Source of the DNA: Mobula hypostoma
Taxonomy: Eukaryota
NCBI RefSeq assembly: GCF_963921235.1
Contig: NC_086108.1
Span: 9,796,001 to 9,860,000 of the forward strand
Direction of reading: 5' to 3'
DNA: 64,000 nucleotides
In this document: piece after piece, positions 18,001-30,431 of the stretch
Layout of the letters: each line of letters starts with the position of its first letter
Position numbering within the stretch: position 1 is the stretch's first letter
The notes under the pieces: generated by a model
Seen by the model: the letters and a program-made list of their open reading frames with translations, nothing else
Told to the model about the DNA's origin: nothing
Databases searched by the model: none
Program-made: the position numbers and the translations under genes

Positions 18001-21000
18001 CACACCAGGATCACCCTACTCCACACCAGGATCACAGTTCACACCAGGATCACCCTTCTCTACACCAGAATCACCCTACTCTACAGCAGAATGACCATAC
18101 TCCATACCAGGAACACCCTACTCCACATCAGGAATACACTCCAGACCAGGATCACGCTACTCCACACCAGAATCGCACTCCACCCCAGGATCACCCTACT
18201 CCACACCGGGATCACCATACTCCACACCAGAATCACTCTACTCCACACCAGGATCACCCTACTGCACACCAGAAACACTCTACTGCACACCATGATCACA
18301 CTACTCCACACCAGGATCACACATTTCCACACCAGGATCACACTACTCCACACCAGGACCTCCCTACTCCACACCAGAATCACCCCACTCCACAGCAGGA
18401 CCACCCTACTCTACACCAGGATCACACTCCTAACCAGGATCGCCATATTGCACACCAGCATCACCCTACTCCGCACAAGGATTGCCCTACTCCACATCTG
18501 GATCAACCTACGCCACACCAGAATAGCTCTACTGCACACCAGGTTCACCCTACTCCACACCAGAATCACTCTACTCCACACCAGGATCACCCTACTCCAC
18601 ACCAGGATCACCCTACTCCACACCAGGATCACACTCCGCACCAGGATCTCACTCCACACCTGGATCGCCCTTCTCCACACCAGGATCACCCTACTACACA
18701 CCAGAATCACGTTACTCCACACCAGGACCACACTCCACACCAGGACCACACTCCACACCAGGACAACCCTACTCCATACGAGAATCACGATTCTCCACAC
18801 CAGAATCACCTTACTCCACTCCAAGACCACCCTATTCCACACCAGTACCACCCTATCCCACACCAGGATCACACTACCCCACACCAGAATCACCCTACTC
18901 CACACCAGGATGACTCTACCCCACACCAGAATCACCCTACTGCACACCAGAATCACACTACTGCACACCAGGATCACAATACACCACACCAGGATCACCC
19001 TACTCCACACCAGGACAACCCTACTCCATACCAGGATCACCCTACTCCACACCAGGATCGCCCTACTCCACACCAGAATCACTCTACTCCACACCAGGAT
19101 CACCCTACTCCACACCAGGACCACCCTACTCCACACCAGGATCACCCTACTCCACACCAGGATCACACTACTCCACACCAGGATCACCCTACTCCACACC
19201 AGAATCACTCTACTCCACACCAGGATCACTCTACTCCACCAGGACCACCCTACACACCAGGATCACACTCCGCACCAGGATCTCACTCCACACCAGGATC
19301 TCACTCCACACCAGGATCACCCTTCTCCACACCAGAATCAACCTACTCCACACCAGAATCAACCTACTCCACACCAGAATCACCCTACTCCACACCAGGA
19401 TCACACTCCACACCAAGATCACCCTACTCCACACCAGCATCACCCTGATCTACAGCAGAATGACCCTACTCCATACCAGGACCACACTAATCCACATCAG
19501 GATCACACTCCACGCCAGGATCACACTACCCCACACCAGAATCACCCTACTCCACACCATGATCACTCTACCCCACACCAGAATCACCCTACTGCACACC
19601 AGAATCACCCCACTCCACAGCAGGACCACCCTACCCTACACCAGGATCACACTCCACACCAGGATCGCCCTATTGCACACCAGCATCACCCTACTCCGCA
19701 CAAGGATCGCCCTACTCCACATCCGGATCAACCTACGCCACACCAGAATAGCTCTACTGCACACCAGGATCACCCTACTCCACACCAGAATCACTCTACT
19801 CCACACCAGGATCACACTCCGCACCATGATCTCACTCCACACCTGGATCGCCCTTCTCCACAGCAGGATCACCCTACTCCACACCAGAATCACGTTACTC
19901 CACACCAGGACCACACTCCACACCAGGACAACCCTATCCCACACCAGAATCACACTACCCCACACCAGAATCACCCTACTCCACACCAGGATCACCCTAC
20001 CCCACACCAGAATCACCCTACTGCACACCAGAATCACACTACTGCACACCAGGATCACCCTACTCCACACCAGGATCACCCTACTCCACACCAGGATCAC
20101 CCTACTCCACACCAGGATCACCCTACTCCACACCAGGATCACCCTACTCCACACCAGGACCACACTCCACACCAGGATCACCCTACTCCACACCAGAATC
20201 ACTCTACTCCACACCAGGATCATCCTACTCCACACCAGGACCACCCTACTCCACACCAGGATCACACTCCACACCAGGATCTCACTCCACACCTGGATCA
20301 CCCTTCTCTACACCAGAATCACTCTACTCCACACCAGAATCACCCTACTGCACACCAGGATTACTCTACTGCACACCAGGACCACCGTAATCCACACTAG
20401 GACCACCCGACTTCACACCAGGATCACACTCCGCACCAGGATCTCACTCCACAACTGGATCGCCCTTCTCCACACCATGATCACCCTACTCCACACCAGG
20501 ACCACCCTACTCCACACCAGGATCGCCCTACAACACACCAGGATCACCCTACTCCACACCAGGATCACACTCCACACCAGGATCTCACTCCACACCTCGA
20601 TCGCCCTTCTCCACACCAGGATCACCCTACTCCACACCAGAATCACCTTACTCCACACCAGGACCACACTCCACACCAGGACAACCCTACTCCATACGAG
20701 AATCACCATACTCCACACCAGAATCACTCTACTCCACACCAGGATCGCCCTACTCCACACCAGGATCACTCTACCCCACACCAGGATCACACTACCCCAC
20801 ACCAGAATCACCCTACTCCACACCAGGATCACTCTACCCCACACCAGAATCACCCTACTGCACACCAGAATCACACTACTGCACACCAGGATCACCCTAC
20901 TCTACAGCAGAATGACCCTACTCCATATCAGGAACACCCTACTCCACATCAGGAATACACTCCACACCAGGATCACACTACTCCACACCAGGATCGCCCT

Positions 21001-24000
21001 ACTCCACACCAGGATCACCCTACTCCACACCAGGATCACTACTCCACACCAGGATCACTCTACTCCACACCAGGATCACTCTACTCCACACCAGGATCAC
21101 CCTACTCCACACCAGGATCACACTCCGCACCAGGATCTCACTCCACACCTGGATCGCCCTTCTCCACACCAGGATCACTCTACTTCACACCAGAATCACC
21201 CTACTCCACACCAGGACCACACTCCACACCAGGACAACCCTACTCCATACGAGAATCACCCTACTCCACACCAGAATCACCTTACTCCACTCCAAGACCA
21301 CCCTATTCCACACCAGTACCACCCTATCCCACACCAGGATCACACTACCCCACACCAGAATCACCCTACTCCACACCAGGATCACTCTACCCCACACCAG
21401 AATAACCCTACTGCACACCAGAATCACACTACTCCACACCAGGATCACCCTACTCCACACCAGGATCACCCTACTCCACACCAGGATCACCCTACTCCAC
21501 ACCAGAATCACCCTACTGCACACCAGAATCACACTACTCCACACCAGGATCACCCTACTCCACACCAGGATCACCCTACTGCACAGCAGAATCACTCTAC
21601 TCCACACCAGGATCATCCTACTCCACACCAGGATCACCCTACTCCACACCAGGATCACTCTACTCCACACCAGGATCACCCTACTCCACACCAGGACCAC
21701 CCTACTCCACACCAGGATCACACTCCGCACCAGGATCTCACTCCACAACAGGATCACCCTACTCCACACCAGGATCTCACTCCACACCAGGATCACTCTA
21801 CTCCACACCAGAATCACCCTACTTCACACCAGGATCACACTCCACACCAAGATCACCCTACTCCACACCAGAATCATCCTACTCCACAGCAGGACCACCC
21901 TACTCCACACCAAGATTGCCCTTCTCCACACTAGGATCACCCTACTCCACACCAGCATCACCCTATTCCACACCAGAATCACTCTACTCCATACCAGGAT
22001 CACTCTACCCCACATCAGGATCACCTTACTCCACACCAGGATCACCCTACTCCACACCAGGATCAGCCACTCCACACCAGGATCACCCTACTCCACACCA
22101 GAATCACCCTACTCCACACCAGGATCACCCTACTCCACACCAGGATCACCCTACTCCACACCAGGATCACCCTACTCCACACCAGGATCACCCTACTCCA
22201 CACCAGGATCACCCTACTCCACACCAGGATCACCCTACTCCACACCAGGATCACCCTACTCCACACCAGGATCACCCTACACCACACCAGAATCACCCTA
22301 CTCCACACCAGGATCACCCTACTCCACACCAGGACCACCCTACTCCACACCAGGATCACCCTACTCCACACCAGGATCACCCTACTCCACACCAGGATCA
22401 CCCTACTCCACACCAGGATCACCCTCCACACCAGGATCACCCTTCTCCACACCAGAATCAACCGACTCCACACCAGAATCAACCTACTTCACACCAGAAT
22501 CACCCTACTCCACACCAGGGCCACACTCCACACCAGGACAACCCTACTCCATGCGAGAATCACCCTACTCCACACCAGAATCACCTTACTCCACACCAGA
22601 ATCACCCTACTCCACACCAGGATCACCCTACTCCACATCAGGATCACACTCCACACCAGGATCACCCTACTCCACACCAGAATCACCCTACTCCATACCA
22701 GGATCACTCTACCCCACACCAGAATCACCCTACTCCACACCAGGATCACAACTCCACACCAGGATCACCCTACACAACACCAGGACCACACTCCACACTA
22801 GGTTCGTACTCCACAGCAGAATCACCCTTCTCCACACCAGGATCACACTCCACACCAGAATCTCCCTACTCCACACCAGGATCACTCTACTCCACACCAG
22901 GATCACCCTACTCCACACCAGGATCACCCTTCTCCACACCAGGATCACTCTACTCCACACCAGGATCACACTCCATACCAGGATCACGCTCCACACCAGA
23001 ATCTCCCTACTCCACACCCGGATCACACTACTCCATGCCAGGGTCATCCTACTCCACACCAGGATCATCCTACTCCACACCAGGACCACACTCCACACCA
23101 GTATCACCCTACTCCATACCAGAATCACCCTACACCACACCAGGATCACCCTACTGCACACCAGAATCACACTACTGCACACCAGGATCACCCTACACCA
23201 CACCAGGATCACCCTACTCCACACCAGGATCACCCTACTCCACACCAGGATCACCCTACTCCACACCAGGATCACCCTACTCCACACCAGGATCACCCTT
23301 CTCTACACCAGAATCACCCTACTACACACCAGAATCACCCTACTCCACACCAGAATCACCCTACTGCACACCAGGATCACCCTTCTCCACTCCAGGATCA
23401 CGCTACTCCACACCAGAATCACGCTTTTCCACACCAGGACCGCACTCCACACCAGAATCACCCTACTCTAAACCAGAATCACCGTATTCCACACCAGGAT
23501 TACCCTATTCCTCACCAGAATCACCCTACTCCACACCAGGATCACCCTACTCCACACCAGGATCACCCTACTCCACACCAGGATCACCCTACTCCACACC
23601 AGGATCACGCTACTCCACACCAGGATCACCCTACTCCACACCAGGATCACCCTTCTCCACACCAGGATCACCCTACTCCACACCAGGATCACCCCACTCC
23701 ACACCAGGATCACCCTACTCCACACCAGGATTGCACTTCTCCACACCAGGATCACCCTTCTCCACACCAGGATCACCGTACTCCACACCAGAATCACCCT
23801 ACTCCACACCAGAATCACCCTACTCCACACCAGGATCACCCTTCTCCACACCAGGATCGCACTCCACGCCAGGATCACCCTACTCCACACCAGAATCACC
23901 CAACTCCGCACCAAGATTGCCCTTCTCCACACCAGGAATCACCCTACTCCACACCAGGATCACCCTACTCCACACCAGAATCACCCTACTCCACACCAGG

Positions 24001-24613
24001 ATCACCCTACTCCACACCAGAAACACCCTACTCCACACCAGGATCACCCTACTCCACACCAGGATCACCCTACTCCACACCAGGATCACCCTACTCCACA
24101 CCAGTAGCACCCTACTCCACACCAGGATCACCCTTCTCCACACCAGGATTACCCTACTCCACACCAGAAACATCCTACTCCACACCAGGATCACCCTTCT
24201 CCACACCAGGATCACTCTATTCTCCACACCAGGATTACACTCCACACCAGGATCACACTCCATACCAGGATCACTCACTCCACACCAGGATCACCCTACT
24301 CCACACCAAGATTGCCCTTCTCCACACCAGAATCACCCTACTCCACACCAGGATCACACTCCACAGCAGAATCTCCCTGCTGCATACCAGGATCACACTA
24401 CTCCACACCAGGATCACCCTTCTCCACACCAGGATCACCCTACTCCACACCATAATCACCCTACACCACACCAGGATCACTCTACCCCACATCAAGATCT
24501 CCCTACGCCACACCAGAATCACCCTACTCCGCACCAGAATCACCCAACTCCACACCAGGACCGCCCTTCTCCACACCAGGACCGCCCTTCTCCACACCAG
24601 GATCACCCTTCTC
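1..24613. repeat. 21-bp tandem satellite (consensus CCACACCAGGATCACCCTACT; 18-bp variant CCACACCAGGATCACACT), continuing beyond the left edge
   Basis: Directly visible, uninterrupted tandem units up to ...GATCACCCTTCTC at ~24613. Diagnostic variant blocks recur at 411, 1107-1110, 4286 and 15682 bp offsets. Confidence 0.98.
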
Positions 24614-24769
24614 AAAAACAGTTACTTTCCCTCAGCAGTAAAGCTGATAAACACCTCCACCCATCGGTTCGGAGTTACAATTATTTTGTTCTCTGTTACA
24701 GCAGTGTACATGAAATAACTTTAAACAACCTTTAATCTCGGATCTTAATTCCCCAGGACATGGGGAGAC

Positions 24770-25045
24770 CAAAACTCGGGGCATAGATGTAGGGTGAGAG
24801 GGTAAAAGATTAAGAGGGTACTTACACAGAGGGTGGTGGGTGTGTGGGGTGACCTGCCAGGGAGGTGGTTGAGGCAAGTTTAATAGTAGCATTTGAAAGG
24901 CGCTTAGGAAGGGACGTGGAGGGGTGACATTTTGAGGGATGTGTGCTGTGCAGGAGAAATTGGGACTAGCTGGGTGGGCACTGTGGTTGGCATGGACTAG
25001 ATGGGCTGAAGGGTCGTATCCACGTTGCGATGCTCCATACTCTAA
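24770..25045 (+). mobile_element. Decayed CR1 LINE 3' fragment
   Basis: ACACAGAGGGTGGTGGGTGTGTGG...CTGCCAGGGAGGTGGTTGAGGCA...GATGGGCTGAAGGG resembles the 3' end of the better-preserved CR1 at 25475-26177. Confidence 0.7.
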
Positions 25046-25224
25046 ATGGTGAGAGGCTGTCCACGTCCACATGGTGTCAGCTCTTTCCTTTTGGTTGCCT
25101 TGTGTGCCACGGCACTGGTGTCCGGTCTCAGGGGCTTACCTTCGCACTGAGGTCACGGCAAGTGCTGAAGAAACATCTGGAACATCTGCTGCACATATAG
25201 AAGGCTCCTTGTGCACTCTTATCT

Positions 25225-25390
25225 TCCAGATTCCTACTTCATTCCCCCACCCCCACACACACCCAGCTTCATCTATCACCATCGAGCTTGAGCTCCTGCC
25301 TCTCCCCCACCTTCTTATTCTGGCATCTTTCCCTTTCCTTTCCAGTCCCGAAGAAGGGTCTCGGCCCGACACTTCCACTTTTCATTCATT
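25225..25390 (+). mobile_element. Penelope-like element terminal fragment with decayed hammerhead motif
   Basis: Pyrimidine-rich tract followed by CAGTC-CCGAAGA-AGGGTCTCGGCCC-GACAC (25343-25372). Related to 58065-58390 and 58470-58730. Confidence 0.6.
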
Positions 25391-25474
25391 TCCTGGGCCA
25401 AGCACGCAAGTGCAATTACAAAGAAAACATGGTAGTGCCTCTACTTCCTCAGGAAGATGTGAAGATGTGGCATA

Positions 25475-26177
25475 ATAATAAAGGTGCATAGTTCCCTGAA
25501 GGTGGAATCTCATGTGGATAGGGTGGTGAAGAAAGCTTTTGGTATGCTGGCCTTTATAAATCAGAGCATTGAGTATAGGAGTTGGGATGTAATGTTGAAA
25601 TTCTACAAGGCATTGGTGAGGGCAAATTTGGAGTATTGTGTACAATTCTGGTCACCGAATTATAGGAAAGATGTCAACAAAATAGAGAGAGTACAGAGAA
25701 GATTTACTAGAATGTTGCCTGGGTTTCATCACCTAAGTTACAGAGAAAGGTTGAACAAGTTAGGTCTTTATTCTTTGGAATGTAGAAGGTTGAGGGGGGT
25801 CTTGATAGAGGTGTTTAAAATTATGAGGGGGATGGATAGAGTTGACATGGATAGGCTTTTTCCATTGAGAGTGGGGGAGATTCAAACAAGAGGACTTGAG
25901 TTGAGGGTCAGAGGGCAAAAGTTTAGGGGTAACATGAGGGGGAACTTCTTTACTCAGAGAGTGGTAGCTGTGTGGAATGAGCTTCCAGCAGAAGTGGTTG
26001 AGGCAGGTTCGATGTTGTCGTTTAAAGTTAAATTGGATAGATTTATGGACAGGAAAGGAATAGAGGGTTATGGGCTGAGTGCAGGTTGGTGGGACTAGGT
26101 GAGAGTAAGAGTTCAGCATGGACTAGAAGGGCCAAGATGGCCTGTTTCCCTGCTGTAATTGTTATATGGTTATATGA
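25475..26177 (+). mobile_element. 5'-truncated CR1 LINE (ORF2 C-terminus plus 3' tail)
   Basis: ORF 25484-26098 contains LEYCVQFWSP, LSYRERL, FFTQRVVAVWNELP. It ends in a GTTATATG repeat tail. Confidence 0.92.
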
Positions 26178-26493
26178 TTATAAGATCTCAAACTTTGCCA
26201 AACTTCTCTAGATGTATGGTGGAGTGCATATTGATTGATTGCATCAATTCCCTTGAATGGAAAATCCTACAAAAGGTAATGGATGCGGCCCAGTCCATCA
26301 CGGGTAAATACCATTGAGCACATCTACATGAAATGATATCGCAGGAAAGCAGCATCCATCATCAGGGACACCCACGATGCAGGACATGTTCTCTCCTCGC
26401 TGCTGCCATCAACTAGAAGGTACAGGAGCCTCAGGACCCACACCATCAGGTTCAGGAACAGTATTCACCACTCAACCATCAGGCTCTTGAACC

Positions 26494-27340
26494 TGTTACG
26501 TACCCCGTAACTGGGTTGCCAAACCAGCAGAAATGGATCACTCAGTTGGAGTCTGGATTACTAGAACTAAGAAAGTTTTATTAAAGAAACAAGCAACACA
26601 GTACTCTAATCAAAAGGATAATAAATGCAACAGTTCAGCAATGATAAACACACATGTACACAGAATTAAGATAACAGGATTAATCAAGCTCTATTGCTGT
26701 CTAGGGGTAAATGACCAGTTTCAAAGTGACGCAAAGTTCAGTTCAGTTTGCAGTAATCGCTGCCGTGGCGATGGACAGTGGGGGGGGGAGGAGAGAGAGC
26801 AAAAACGAATGAATATTCAAGGCTTCCACACGGACCTTCGCAGTCAGCTTTCGGGCGAGTCCTTTGTGATGTCATCTGAGGTCACCGACCGTGACCCCCT
26901 CCGTTTCCAGATACGATCGTTTCCCTGTGCTGAACCTGGCACCCAGGCAAGGGTGGACACACACCAGGTTCCTGCCGATCGTGCCTTTCCACCCTGTGTG
27001 GTTATGGCCTGGTACTTCCCACAGACTTGTGAGAGGCGCACCGCTTCCAGGGTCTCGTTACCTCGGGTGTCGTGTGTGTCCTGCCTTAGCGAACCTGTCC
27101 CTTTTTATCCCCCTGCTGGGGTATCGCCTGTCCATCACTTCAAACAGTTCAGGGTTCAAAGGGGGAACCGCTCTTGACAGCTCCCTCCTTCTGTTACTCT
27201 CTCTCCCGTCCCTTCATTACACACCTCCAAATGTTGCTCTATTGTTTTCCTTATCTCTCTCTCTCCTGAAGACAGGTGGCAGACCAACTGCTGATCACAC
27301 AGGACAGCTAACATCTTAATCTATGTGTACTCTTGTCACA
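26494..27340 (-). repeat. 3' LTR (847 bp)
   Basis: Runs TGTTACGTACCCCG...CTTGTCACA. Abutted by the polypurine tract. Confidence 0.95.
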
Positions 27341-27352
27341 CTTCCCCCCTTT
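27341..27352 (-). promoter_or_regulatory. Polypurine tract (AAAGGGGGGAAG)
   Basis: Plus-strand CTTCCCCCCTTT lies immediately internal to the 3' LTR. Confidence 0.9.
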
Positions 27353-27716
27353 AAGGATTTTTACCTGGGGATAAAAATTACAAACATGAATACATTATTT
27401 GATACACACAAATATACATCTTTATCAGCTATTTGGCTAATACAGCGAGTTTGAAGTTGTCAACACCTGACAGACAGTCAGCCATCACATTTTCTGTTCC
27501 TTTTATATGTGTTATTAATAATCCCTTAGACCAGGCTCCAACTTAGCAAACTTCATAGTGGCCAAAAACACTGATGAATTGCGATCAATGTAACCTCTCA
27601 TTGGGTTTCGTCTCGGACCACAATAACAAGGGTCGTCCCATTCCGACTTAGTTTTCTCTCGCAAAGGCTTAGTAGGAGGGGGAGGGGTGGTAACCGCAGA
27701 GTTATTGCAAAACTTC

Positions 27717-30332
27717 CTACAGTACCCCCACCATCTCCAAGAGCCTTCTGAGGGCCCTCTTGTCTGTCAGGGTTGGGATGTCAGAGATAGCCCGCACCTT
27801 AGCTTGCATCGCTGCCAGTTGCCCCTGTGTCACCACAATTCCCAGGTAAGTGACCCTCGTGTGGCCGAACTCATTTTTTTCAAGGTCCACTGTCAAGCTG
27901 GCTTCAGACAGCCATATTAAATTGCCAATACACACCTCTGTGTTCGTCAGCCCTTTTGTCACCGAATTACTCATTCTATATGGATGTTGCTTACTAGGCT
28001 GACCTAGTGTAACAGACACCACCCAGCATCCCAGTTCTTTGCATCGCCTCGGGACAATCAAACACACGAGTGCGAGTCGTTTAATTACTTCCCCTAAAGA
28101 GTCGCTTTGTTCGGGGATTAAGGGAGAGACCTTATCAGCAGAGTTGGCCGAAACAATAGCCTTCTCCCATCTGGTCGATACCATACTCATCTTTTCGAAA
28201 TGGTTTTTCTCTCTTATCAGGGGGACCCTAGCTTCATTGATTTCCTCGCTAGCACCGACTAGGCTTGTTAGCATATCAAAAGCCTGTGACCGTCTCAGTT
28301 CGCGTCGGTCATAATCAATAACATCCTCCCTCCTGGACAGCCGGTAAACCTCTTTCATGATTCCACCAACTGTTCCCTCCAGTACCACAAAATGTCCACC
28401 GGGGGCTACCTTGTGGGCCAGGTTAAAAACCTCATCCCCATAACTCTTTTGCACCACCCCCCATTCCTCATCTGTGGGTACTGTACTTGATTTCCCTTTC
28501 TTCCTTAGCACTTCCTCCTCCACCAAAACCATCAGCCCCTCATCTCGCTCCTGCGTCTGCACAAATTCTTTCCTGGCTACTGCTACATCTGTCCCAGCTC
28601 CCTCACTACCTCTTGTCTCACTACACTCCTTCTTTTCACTTTCTACCCCCGTCTCGTACAAGGCTGGCAGAAACGTTTCAGCTAAATTCACTACCGCGGT
28701 CCCGTGATGAACCTGTGAGTCCATGGGCAGGGCCTCAATGCTGGCAGGCTGACCTGTCAATCTCACGACTGAGAACACGATTCCCCTGGCGACGTCATTA
28801 CCAAGCAAGACTTCCACGCCTTTCATCGGTAATTCGGACCTCACCCCGATCGTGACTAGTCCAGAGACCAGGTTGCTTTGTAAGTGTATCTGGTGCAAAG
28901 GGACTGACTCTGTCCCTTCCCCAACACCTTTGACCTTGACCTCCCCAGTCTGGGTCTCTGAGCTAAACTCTAATACACTCTTCAATATTAGTGACTGACA
29001 CGCTCCCGTGTCTCTCCAGATCCGCACTGGAACTGGTTTTAACCCCTCCTTCACTGACAGCAATCCGGCCGAGATAAACTTCTCGCGCCCTTCCTGAACT
29101 TTGGCAGACCTGTCCTTCCCTAGCAGTTCGTTTACCAGCTCGATACAGCCAGTCAAAATCGCCGTTTTTCCTTTTCCCGTCTCCTTCTTTGGGGCAAAGC
29201 ACCTGGACGCAAAGTGTCCGACTTTCCTGCAATTATAACAGACGACCCCAGGAGACTTCCTACCAGACTGCTCCCGGTCTACCTTATCCTTCTCGCTAGT
29301 CCCCGGCTTACTTTCTGACTTTTCCGGCGGACTCTCCCCGCCGTCCTGACTACCCTTCTGGTAGCCTTTACTCGGGGCAAACTTTATTTTATGCGTCAAC
29401 GCATACTCATCCGCTAACTTAGCAGTTGCGGCTAACGTGGCTGCCTCTTTCTCATCGAGGTAGGGTCTCATACATTCAGGGACACAACCTTTAAACTGCT
29501 CAATCAGGATCAGCTGTAGCAGTCTGTCATAATCCCCCTCTACCCCCTTCGAGGTGCACCAACGCTCACAATATGTCTGCATCTCACAGGCAAACTCTAA
29601 ATACGTGCGGTCCCACTGCTTCCTCGCATTCCGGAACCTCTGCCGATATGCCTCCGGGACCAACTCATAAATCCTGAGGATGGCCTCTTTCACCACCTCA
29701 TACCTCTGGGCATCTTCCGCGGACAAAGCTGAGTAAGCTTCTTGGGCTTTCCCTTTCAGTACACTCTGAAGCAAAACAACCTACTTATCCCTCGGCCAGT
29801 CCTGACTTATAGCGACTTTTTCGAAATGGAGAAAGTACCGATCCACGTCGGTATCATCAAATGGGGGAACCAGCCTAACCTCCTGGGTTGCCCGGAACCC
29901 TCCACCTTGGTTCGGCACGGGCCCCTGCTCTGCCCTTATCTTTAACTTCTCCAGCTCGAATTTCCTTTCCCTCTGTTTCTCCTCTCGCTCCAGCTGTCTC
30001 TCTCTCTCTTCTCGCTCCAACTGTTTGTCCCTCTCTTTCTCTTCTCACTCCAGCTGCCGTACCCGGAACTCGTGCTCGAGTCTCAGTTTTTCAAGCTGCA
30101 CCTGTACCGCGTCTCCAGCAGGTTTTTCAACAGATACCACCCCCAGCTCGCCTTGGGGAAACACACCTTTAGATACATAGTGCTCTACGATAGCTCTGTG
30201 TATCTCCTCTCTCCTCATTGTCGACTTCCCCTTAGCAAGATTCAACCGTTTGGCCACAGCTACCAATTCTGATTTCCTGGCATCCTCTAATGCCTCCAAG
30301 GTTGGCGCCTTTATAATTTCCTCAGCCTCCAT
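27717..30332 (-). pseudogene. gag-pro-(deleted pol) polyprotein in one reading frame with two premature stops
   Basis: ORFs 30045-30332, 29781-30020 and 27717-29774 share a frame and are separated by TGA (30045-47) and TAG (29781-83). Motifs: VPPFDD..VDRYF.HFEK capsid, CYNCRKVGHFASRC knuckle, RDTGA protease, LAH..GH integrase remnant, KQHPYR and VTYLG RT remnants. Confidence 0.9.
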
Positions 30333-30408
30333 TTCTGCTGTTCGTCTTTTCTTTCTTTCGGGAATTTTGACCCAATCAATTTACTCCGTCCCAAATTTAG
30401 CGTTCAAA

Positions 30409-30427
30409 ATCTCGGACGAGAACCCCA
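30409..30427 (-). promoter_or_regulatory. Primer-binding site, tRNA-Pro-like
   Basis: Minus strand TGGGGTTCTCGTCCGAGAT, 4 nt inside the 5' LTR. The canonical tRNA-Pro PBS is TGGGGGCTCGTCCGGGAT. Confidence 0.8.
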
Positions 30428-30431
30428 CTTA

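Noticed and set aside
1..24613. CRISPR array
   Set aside because: Units are contiguous with no unique spacers, there are no cas genes, and the context is vertebrate-type.
1..24613. Telomeric array or true RPB1 CTD exon
   Set aside because: There are no tandem TTAGGG runs. The heptad is YSTPGSP rather than YSPTSPS, and its copy number far exceeds any CTD.
123..24735. Giant ORFs (1190, 704, 2386, 824, 939 aa) as extensin- or mucin-like genes
   Set aside because: They are read-through of a stop-poor 21-mer. They switch among the three repeat peptides at frameshifted units and show no signal peptide, unique domain or supported splice structure. Kept only as a hypothesis under findings.
26533..27319. 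ORFs inside the LTRs (214 aa, 142 aa; counterparts at 30471-31260)
   Set aside because: They are antisense to the element, the frames are not conserved between the two LTRs, and no domain is recognisable.
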